64,000 nt of DNA, taken from contig JBMFOH010000002.1 in assembly GCA_049969715.1 (NCBI GenBank), positions 7,434-71,433 on the forward strand, given 5' to 3'. Below the pieces are notes generated by a model that saw only the letters and a list, made by a program, of their open reading frames with translations, made no database searches and was not told where the DNA came from. Every line of letters begins with the position of its first letter. The first letter of the stretch is position 1. The position numbers and the translations under genes are program-made. Below, piece after piece: positions 57,202 through 64,000 of the stretch. Source of the stretch: a bacterium (GTDB taxonomy: Bacteria; DUMJ01).

Positions 57202-57989
57202 CCTTTTCTCCTCTTAATATACTCTCTTAGTAACCTTTCTAGGTCCTTACTAATTCTTTCTCCTATCTTTAAAACCTCATTATGGGTTACCTCTATACTA
57301 TCGTTCCTGTGAACATTAGTTATGCAAGAGATTCCTAATACCTCTATACCCATTTTTCTTGCCATAATCACCTCAGGAACAGTAGACATCCCAACGGCAT
57401 CTCCCCCGATCATCCTAAAAAATCTTACCTCGGCAGGAGTTTCATAGTTCGGTCCTTTTACTCCTATATATACTCCTTCTTTCAATTCCAGAGACAAATC
57501 TCTTCCTACCTCCTTTAAGAGTATTCTCTCTCTAAGAGAGTATGCATTCTTCATGTCAATGAAATATGGATGACCTATTAGAGGGCTATCACTCATAAGA
57601 TTTATATGGTCAGAGATAAGCATTATATCTCCTGGAGAGAGGTTTTCATTTATGCCACCGCTTGCATTTGTAACTATTACTAATCTTATCCCTAAATTTC
57701 CTACCACTTCTATTGGGAAAACCACCTCTTTAGCTGAATAACCTTCATATAGATGGAATCTCCCTCTTAAAATGACTACCCTCTCCCCATCTACATCTAC
57801 TACCTCTAATCTTCCTTTATGTCCAGGAACCATAGGTTTAGCCATGCTTGGGATCTCATTATAACCTATGCTAAAAATTATATTCTCCTCAAAGATTGAG
57901 ATTCCTGAACCAAGTATAATGGCAACTCTTTCAGTAAATAAGTATCTCTTATTTAGGAGCTCAACTGCTTCCCTTACCCTCTCCTCCAT
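57198..57989 (-). CDS. punA: Purine-nucleoside phosphorylase I
   Basis: ILGSG, GRFHLYEG, TNASGG, GPNYETPAE, VGMSTVPE. Confidence 0.94.
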   Translation of the reverse strand: MEERVREAVELLNKRYLFTERVAIILGSGISIFEENIIFSIGYNEIPSMAKPMVPGHKGRLEVVDVDGERVVILRGRFHLYEGYSAKEVVFPIEVVGNLGIRLVIVTNASGGINENLSPGDIMLISDHINLMSDSPLIGHPYFIDMKNAYSLRERILLKEVGRDLSLELKEGVYIGVKGPNYETPAEVRFFRMIGGDAVGMSTVPEVIMARKMGIEVLGISCITNVHRNDSIEVTHNEVLKIGERISKDLERLLREYIKRRKG

Positions 57990-58025
57990 CGTTTAGATAT
58001 CTCCTTTATTAGATTTCTATCTTAG

Positions 58026-58034
58026 ATTATACCA
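58026..58034 (-). promoter_or_regulatory. Extended -10 promoter of the punA-pdp operon
   Basis: Minus strand reads TGGTATAAT. Confidence 0.6.
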
Positions 58035-58129
58035 TATTGGACATATAACCATAAAATCCACTCATTATTAGATATTCTTTTTATGAATATACTCTTCTTT
58101 TCTCTTAAAGTGGAATAAAATATATATAC

Positions 58130-58177
58130 TTTTCCACAGATATAATTAGTGGAGCAAAATTATTAGACTTATCCACA
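58130..58177 (+). promoter_or_regulatory. Two consensus DnaA boxes
   Basis: TTTTCCACA (58130-58138) and TTATCCACA (58169-58177) match TTWTNCACA. Confidence 0.6.
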
Positions 58178-58251
58178 TAATGAACGAAAAGTCTTTTATA
58201 TAAAGTATTAAATACAAACCACCAGAGAAAAGAGACAGGAAAAGTTTTTTA

Positions 58252-58260
58252 TGGTATAAT
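58252..58260 (+). promoter_or_regulatory. Extended -10 promoter of tdk
   Basis: TGGTATAAT, 6 nt upstream of the ATG. Confidence 0.65.
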
Positions 58261-58266
58261 AATTCT

Positions 58267-58836
58267 ATGACAACAGGATGGATAGAAGTGATATGTGGGA
58301 GTATGTTTAGTGGAAAGAGTGAGGAACTTATAAGAAGGATAAGGAGAGCAGAGATTGCTCGGCAGAGAGTGGTAACATTTAAACCGTCAGTAGATACTCG
58401 CTATACTGCCAAAGAAGTAGTCTCTCATGATGGGAATAAAGTTTCTGCTTATATTGTAGAAAGGGCAAGAGATATATTAGACTTAGTTTCATCTGATATA
58501 CAGGTTGTGGCTATAGACGAGGCTCAATTTTTTGACGAAGAGATAGTAGATGTATGCCAGAAGTTAGCAGATGACGGAAAGAGAGTTATAGTGGCAGGTT
58601 TAGATCAGGATTTTAGAGGTGAACCTTTTGGACCTATGCCTAAGCTTCTTTCTATAGCAGAAAGGGTAGATAAACTTCAGGCAATATGTATGGTATGTGG
58701 AGAGCCTGCTAGTAGGACCCAAAGGTTAATAAACGGAGAACCAGCATACTATGACGACCCCATTATCCTTATTGGTGCTGAAGATGTATATGAGGCTAGA
58801 TGCAGAGCTCATCACATAGTGAGAAGGAGGATATAG
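58267..58836 (+). CDS. tdk: Thymidine kinase
   Basis: [38 protein letters not shown]. Confidence 0.97.
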   Translation: MTTGWIEVICGSMFSGKSEELIRRIRRAEIARQRVVTFKPSVDTRYTAKEVVSHDGNKVSAYIVERARDILDLVSSDIQVVAIDEAQFFDEEIVDVCQKLADDGKRVIVAGLDQDFRGEPFGPMPKLLSIAERVDKLQAICMVCGEPASRTQRLINGEPAYYDDPIILIGAEDVYEARCRAHHIVRRRI

Positions 58837-59708
58837 AATATATGCAAATAGGTGGACAGGCAGTAATAGAAGGCGTTATGATGAGGGGCCCAAAGAGTTT
58901 TAGTGTAGCAGTAAGGTCTCAAGATAGTTTGGTAAAGGTTCACAAGTTTAACATAAATAGCCCTATCTCCTCTATATGGGGAAGAATTCCTATTATAAGA
59001 GGATTTATTGTACTTGTAGAAAGCTTAATCCTAGGGATAAAGGCGCTGAATATCTCTGCAGGAGAATTTGGAGGAGAAGAGGTAAAACTTTCAAACTGGG
59101 ATATATTTCTAGCTATGGCTATGGGGATAGGACTAGGGATACTGCTCTTTATAGTATTCCCAGCATTCATCGCTAGGATTATCCAGAATAGTATTTCTTC
59201 TCCGTTCTTAGTAAACATCTTGGAGGGACTTGTAAGGATAGGGGTATTTTTATTGTATCTCTATTCCTTTTCTTTTATCCCCGATATTAGAAGGGTATTT
59301 GAATATCACGGTGCTGAACATAAGTCAATCTTTACATATGAAAAGGGCGAACCATTAACTGTAGATAATGCTATGAAAAACAGTAGACTACATCCACGAT
59401 GTGGAACGAACTTTTTGCTCGTAGTAATGATAGTAAGTATACTAGTATTCTCTCTACTTGGAAGGCAGACACTGTTGGCAAGAATAATCTCTAGAATCAT
59501 TCTTATCCCTGTTGTAGCAGGGATATCCTATGAGATAATACGTTGGGCATCTAAACATGAAGATTCAAGGTTCACTCGTAGTATAATATGGCCTGGATTA
59601 GCACTTCAATACTTTACTACTAGAGAACCGTCTCCAGACCAGATAGAAGTAGCTTTAGAGGCAGTAAAAACAGTATTAAATCTAGAGGGTGTTTCATATG
59701 TGGAATAA
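58800..59708 (+). CDS. DUF1385 membrane protein (predicted metal-dependent)
   Basis: [31 protein letters not shown]; the real start is probably ATG at 58842. Confidence 0.92.
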   Translation: MQSSSHSEKEDIEYMQIGGQAVIEGVMMRGPKSFSVAVRSQDSLVKVHKFNINSPISSIWGRIPIIRGFIVLVESLILGIKALNISAGEFGGEEVKLSNWDIFLAMAMGIGLGILLFIVFPAFIARIIQNSISSPFLVNILEGLVRIGVFLLYLYSFSFIPDIRRVFEYHGAEHKSIFTYEKGEPLTVDNAMKNSRLHPRCGTNFLLVVMIVSILVFSLLGRQTLLARIISRIILIPVVAGISYEIIRWASKHEDSRFTRSIIWPGLALQYFTTREPSPDQIEVALEAVKTVLNLEGVSYVE

Positions 59709-60768
59709 GTTGGAAGAGTTAGAAAGAGAATATATGGAGATAGAGGCTTCTCTTGCAAAGCCTGAGATACTGTCAAATCAAGAACTATTTCAAAATCTCA
59801 CTAGAACTTATAGTGAACTTGGAGAGATTGTAAATATATACAGGGGATACAAAGAGGTAGAAAAGGAAATATTGGAACTAGAATCCCTAGTAGATGATCC
59901 GGATATAGGTTCTATGGCAGAGGAAGAGCTTAGAAAACTGGAAGAAAAGAAAAGGAAACTCGAAGAGGATTTAACAATTAAGCTATTACCCAAAGATTAC
60001 AGGGATGAACGAAATGTCATACTAGAGATAAGGGCAGGAACAGGGGGAGAAGAAGCGGCACTCTTTGCTGGAGACCTTCTAAGAATGTATCTAAGATATG
60101 CTGAACGTAAGGGATGGAAGGTAGAGATTATGAGTAGTAACCCCACAGATCTTGGTGGATATAAAGAAGTTACTGTCTCTATACAAGGTAAGGGAGTATA
60201 TAGCAGGTTAAAGTTTGAAAGTGGGGTGCATAGAGTCCAAAGGGTGCCGGAAACAGAAGCAAGTGGAAGGATACATACATCAACAGCTACTGTAGCAATA
60301 CTCCCTGAAGCTACTGAGGTAGAGATAGATATCCGTCCTGAAGATCTAAAGATAGATACTTTCCGCGCTGGTGGACATGGTGGACAAAATGTTAACAAGG
60401 TTGAATCAGCAGTAAGAATTACTCATATCCCTACTGGAATAGTAGTTACTTGCCAGGATGAGAGGTCACAGTATCAAAATAGAGAAAAGGCATTGAGGAT
60501 CTTGAGGGCACATCTTTTAGAGATTAGAGAAAGAGAAAGGGAAAAGGAAGAAGCACAATTAAGAAGAAGTCAGATTGGAACAGGAGAAAGAAGTGAAAAG
60601 ATAAGAACTTACAACTTCCCCCAAAACCGTGTAACCGACCATAGGATTGGACTTACCCTTTATAATCTTCAAGAAATCTTAGATGGAGATATAGATGAGA
60701 TAATAGACGCTCTCATTAAGGAACAGCAAGTAGAACAGTTAAAAAATCTTACCGTTTCTAATAGATGA
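59689..60768 (+). CDS. prfA: Peptide chain release factor 1
   Basis: [14 protein letters not shown] tripeptide anticodon in RVPETE, GGQ, RTYNFPQ. Confidence 0.98.
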   Translation: MFHMWNKLEELEREYMEIEASLAKPEILSNQELFQNLTRTYSELGEIVNIYRGYKEVEKEILELESLVDDPDIGSMAEEELRKLEEKKRKLEEDLTIKLLPKDYRDERNVILEIRAGTGGEEAALFAGDLLRMYLRYAERKGWKVEIMSSNPTDLGGYKEVTVSIQGKGVYSRLKFESGVHRVQRVPETEASGRIHTSTATVAILPEATEVEIDIRPEDLKIDTFRAGGHGGQNVNKVESAVRITHIPTGIVVTCQDERSQYQNREKALRILRAHLLEIREREREKEEAQLRRSQIGTGERSEKIRTYNFPQNRVTDHRIGLTLYNLQEILDGDIDEIIDALIKEQQVEQLKNLTVSNR

Positions 60769-61592
60769 AGCTTGACAAAATAAAGAGAGAGGTTATTAGG
60801 GTTCTTAGCAAAGCAGGGATTACCGATAGTCATTTAGAAGCTCTCCTTATTCTTAGCTTAGTCCTAGGCAAAAATAAAGAGTATATAATTTCACATCCTG
60901 AATTAGAGATAGAGGATGCTCTATTGGTTAAGATAGAAGAAATAGTTTCTAAAAGGGCTTCGGGGATACCATACGCATACCTATCTAAAGAGAAAGAATT
61001 CTTTGGGATAAAATTCCTCCTAGACTACGGAGTACTAATTCCTAGAGCAGAGACAGAAACATTAGTAGAGGTAGTATTAAAGGAAGGACCATTCAGTAAT
61101 GGTTTAGACCTATTTTGTGGAATTGGAGTTATAGCTCTTAGCATCCTTTATAAAGATGGATGTAAGGTATTTACAGGCATAGATATTTCGCCAATAAGTA
61201 TAAGACTCGCAGAAGAAAATGCCAAAAGGTTAGGTTTAAACAATAAGACAAGGTTTATCCTACGTAATATAGAAGACACATTAATAGAGGAGATGTTCGA
61301 CCTTATAGTAGCAAATCCGCCATACATTCCAGATAAAGCATGGGAATGGCTTCCTGTAGAGGTAAAAAACGAACCTAAAGATGCTCTATTAGGTGGAAGG
61401 GACGGACTAAATTTTTACCCTATCATAGCCTCTATAGTAAGGAAGAATTTATTAGATGGAGGACTATTTGCTATAGAGATTGGAGGGGAAAACCAAGTCC
61501 CCAAAGTAAAGGAAATATTTAAGGACTTCTCTACGCATATTGCCTATGACTTAGGAGGAACTCCAAGAGTAGTATGGGGCAGGAAGGAATGA
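60765..61592 (+). CDS. prmC: Release factor glutamine methyltransferase
   Basis: [18 protein letters not shown]; follows prfA. Confidence 0.95.
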   Translation: MKLDKIKREVIRVLSKAGITDSHLEALLILSLVLGKNKEYIISHPELEIEDALLVKIEEIVSKRASGIPYAYLSKEKEFFGIKFLLDYGVLIPRAETETLVEVVLKEGPFSNGLDLFCGIGVIALSILYKDGCKVFTGIDISPISIRLAEENAKRLGLNNKTRFILRNIEDTLIEEMFDLIVANPPYIPDKAWEWLPVEVKNEPKDALLGGRDGLNFYPIIASIVRKNLLDGGLFAIEIGGENQVPKVKEIFKDFSTHIAYDLGGTPRVVWGRKE

Positions 61593-62212
61593 AATTAGTT
61601 ATTATAAAACCTCAAGAAGATATTAATCCCCTTATAAAGCTTATAAAAGAGGGAGGAATAGTTGCCTTTCCTACAGAGACAGTATATGGGCTAGGGACTA
61701 ATGCCCTAAATAAAGAAAGTGTAGAAAGAATATATAGGGTAAAGGAAAGAGAAAAAGAAAAGGCTTTGAGTCTCCATATAGGAACACTCAAAGGCTTAGA
61801 AGAAATTGTAGAAATAACCCCATTTGAATGGAAGATTATTCTTCAATTCTTCCCTGGACCGATAAATATAATACTAAAGAAAAAGAGTTCTATACCTTGG
61901 TGGATTGGTAAAGAAGAAACTATTGGAGTAAGATATCCATCCCTAAAGATTACTCAAGAACTCCTAAGAGGGGTAGGCATCCCCATAGTAGCTACTAGTG
62001 CCAACATGTCTGGGGGTCCAGAAGCTAGAACAGCTCAAGATGTGATAGAAATGATAGGAGATAGAATAGATGGCATCCTTGACGGAGGACCTGTGCCTAT
62101 AGGTAAGCCATCTACAGTGGTGAATATTTCCAGAAAAAATATAGAGATCCTAAGGGAAGGTCCTATAGACAGAAAAATTATAGAGGATATAATAAAGAAG
62201 ATACTTATTTAA
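61574..62212 (+). CDS. tsaC: L-threonylcarbamoyladenylate synthase (TsaC/YrdC)
   Basis: FPTETVYGLG, K.R, PGP, TSANMSG, PSTVV, LREG. Confidence 0.93.
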   Translation: MGQEGMKLVIIKPQEDINPLIKLIKEGGIVAFPTETVYGLGTNALNKESVERIYRVKEREKEKALSLHIGTLKGLEEIVEITPFEWKIILQFFPGPINIILKKKSSIPWWIGKEETIGVRYPSLKITQELLRGVGIPIVATSANMSGGPEARTAQDVIEMIGDRIDGILDGGPVPIGKPSTVVNISRKNIEILREGPIDRKIIEDIIKKILI

Positions 62213-62229
62213 GAAGATATGGAGGTAAA

Positions 62230-62685
62230 ATGAAGTTAGCTATTGGAAGTGACCATGCAGGGTTTAGATTAAAAGAAGAGTTGAAATCTTTCATCTCTTC
62301 TTTAGGAATAGAAATAAAAGACTTTGGATGCTACTCAGAGGATTCTGTAGACTATCCTGATATAGCCAAAGAGGTTTCTTTCAGTGTAGTCAAAGGAGAG
62401 TCTGATAAAGGAATCCTCATATGTGGAACAGGAATAGGAATGAGTATAGCAGCCAACAAGATTAAAGGGATAAGAGCTGCGGTAGGGAATGAACTTCTCT
62501 CTGCAAGACTTGCAAGAGAGCACAATAATGCCAACATACTTACCCTAGGAGCAAGGATAATAGGGATAGAGGTAGCAAAAGAGTCAGTAAAGATATTTAT
62601 AGAGACACCCTTTCTAGGAGGAAGACATCAGAGAAGGGTAGAAAAAATAAGAGAGATGGAGGGAGAACAATGTATCTCGAAGTAA
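62230..62685 (+). CDS. rpiB: Ribose-5-phosphate isomerase B
   Basis: GSDHAG, DYPD, CGTGIG, ANK, HNNAN, GGRHQRR. Confidence 0.96.
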   Translation: MKLAIGSDHAGFRLKEELKSFISSLGIEIKDFGCYSEDSVDYPDIAKEVSFSVVKGESDKGILICGTGIGMSIAANKIKGIRAAVGNELLSARLAREHNNANILTLGARIIGIEVAKESVKIFIETPFLGGRHQRRVEKIREMEGEQCISK

Positions 62686-63911
62686 CTGATCCAGAGATAT
62701 ATAATGCTATAAAAGGAGAAAGGGAGAGAGAAGAATCTACTTTAGAGCTGATTGCCAGTGAAAATTTTACAAGCCTAGCAGTTCTTGAAGCTCAAGGTTC
62801 TCTACTTACAAATAAATATGCAGAGGGGTATCCAAAACATAGATACTATGGGGGATGTAGATGGGTAGATGTAGTAGAACAGTTAGCAATAGATAGGGCA
62901 AAGGAACTTTTTAAAGCAGAGCATGCCAATGTTCAACCTCATTCAGGTTCACAAGCTAATATGGCAGTATATTTTGCTGTTTTAAATCCGGGTGATATAG
63001 TCCTTGGAATGAACCTTTCTCATGGGGGACATCTTACCCACGGAAGTCCAGTAAATATATCAGGTAAATATTTTAAGTTTGTATCTTATGGGGTAAATCC
63101 AGAGACAGAAACAATAGATTATGACCAGGTTAGAGATCTAGCGAAGACTCATAAACCAAAACTTATAGTTACAGGAGCAAGTGCTTATCCTAGAGTAATA
63201 GATTTTGAAAGATTCTCCAAAATAGCAAAGGAAGTAGGATCATTACTAATGGTAGATATGGCACATATAGCAGGACTAGTAGCGGCAGAACTTCACCCAA
63301 GTCCAGTACCATGGGCAGAGTTTGTAACTACAACTACACACAAGACACTTAGAGGGCCAAGAAGCGGACTTATACTATGTAAAACTGATTATGCCAAAGT
63401 TATAGATAAAGCTATATTCCCAGGGACTCAAGGTGGACCTCTTATGCATATAATAGCTGCTAAAGCAGTGGCACTAAAAGAGGCTATGAGCCAAGAATTC
63501 AGAGACTACCAATTACAAATAATAAAGAATGCCAAAACATTATCTGAAACATTGGCAGAAAATGGCTTTAGACTTGTATCTGGGGGCACAGACAATCATC
63601 TAATGTTAGTAGATGTTAGACCTCTAGGGCTTACAGGTAAAGAAGCAGAAAAGATGCTCGAGGAGATAGGCATAACTGTTAATAAAAATGCCATCCCATT
63701 TGATCCGCAACCACCAACAATTACTAGTGGGATAAGAATAGGTACCCCGGCAGTAACTACTAGAGGTATGAAAGAGCCACAGATGAGGGAGATCGGAGAA
63801 ATAATATCTAAATGCCTCAAGAAAGAAGAGACCCAAGAATCCCTAAAAAATAGGGTGAAAGAGTTATGCAAAGCCTACCCTCTATTCTATAAAGATATTG
63901 GAGCAATTTAA
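62670..63911 (+). CDS. glyA: Serine hydroxymethyltransferase
   Basis: [37 protein letters not shown]. Confidence 0.98.
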   Translation: MYLEVTDPEIYNAIKGEREREESTLELIASENFTSLAVLEAQGSLLTNKYAEGYPKHRYYGGCRWVDVVEQLAIDRAKELFKAEHANVQPHSGSQANMAVYFAVLNPGDIVLGMNLSHGGHLTHGSPVNISGKYFKFVSYGVNPETETIDYDQVRDLAKTHKPKLIVTGASAYPRVIDFERFSKIAKEVGSLLMVDMAHIAGLVAAELHPSPVPWAEFVTTTTHKTLRGPRSGLILCKTDYAKVIDKAIFPGTQGGPLMHIIAAKAVALKEAMSQEFRDYQLQIIKNAKTLSETLAENGFRLVSGGTDNHLMLVDVRPLGLTGKEAEKMLEEIGITVNKNAIPFDPQPPTITSGIRIGTPAVTTRGMKEPQMREIGEIISKCLKKEETQESLKNRVKELCKAYPLFYKDIGAI

Positions 63912-64000
63912 AAATATATTTGTGACAAATGATGAGTATTAGAATTGGCTCAGTTAGGTTGACTTGTCTTATACTCATTATTATCTTATTATTTAGTTCT

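Overview
AT-rich housekeeping region of a bacterial chromosome. The gene content suggests a two-membrane (diderm) member of the Terrabacteria, possibly a Dictyoglomota-like anaerobe; the taxonomy is inference only. The window holds two tRNAs (Val-CAC, Asn-GTT), a glycerol utilisation operon, a GH4 sugar cluster, an outer-membrane and lipid A cluster (bamA-skp-lpxD-lpxC-fabZ-lpxA-lpxB-lpxB-like-DUF3084), murA, a complete F-type ATP synthase operon, the priA-def-fmt-rsmB-rlmN-PASTA cluster, metK, a Liv-type ABC transporter, rapZ-whiA-gap-pgk-tpiA-secG, nucleoside salvage genes and tdk-prfA-prmC-tsaC-rpiB-glyA. I saw no transposase, integrase, prophage or CRISPR array. The main oddity is a natural in-frame fusion of the ATP synthase delta and alpha subunits, alongside a c subunit with two carboxylates. 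Other oddities are an fmt gene that appears to start at ATC, a DnaA-box-containing intergenic region where gene orientation flips (candidate oriC away from dnaA), a Clp1-type RNA kinase between whiA and gap, a catalytically degenerate PASTA kinase and PriA, and a minimal tRNA nucleotidyltransferase. All product calls come from recognising motifs by eye; no database searches were run.
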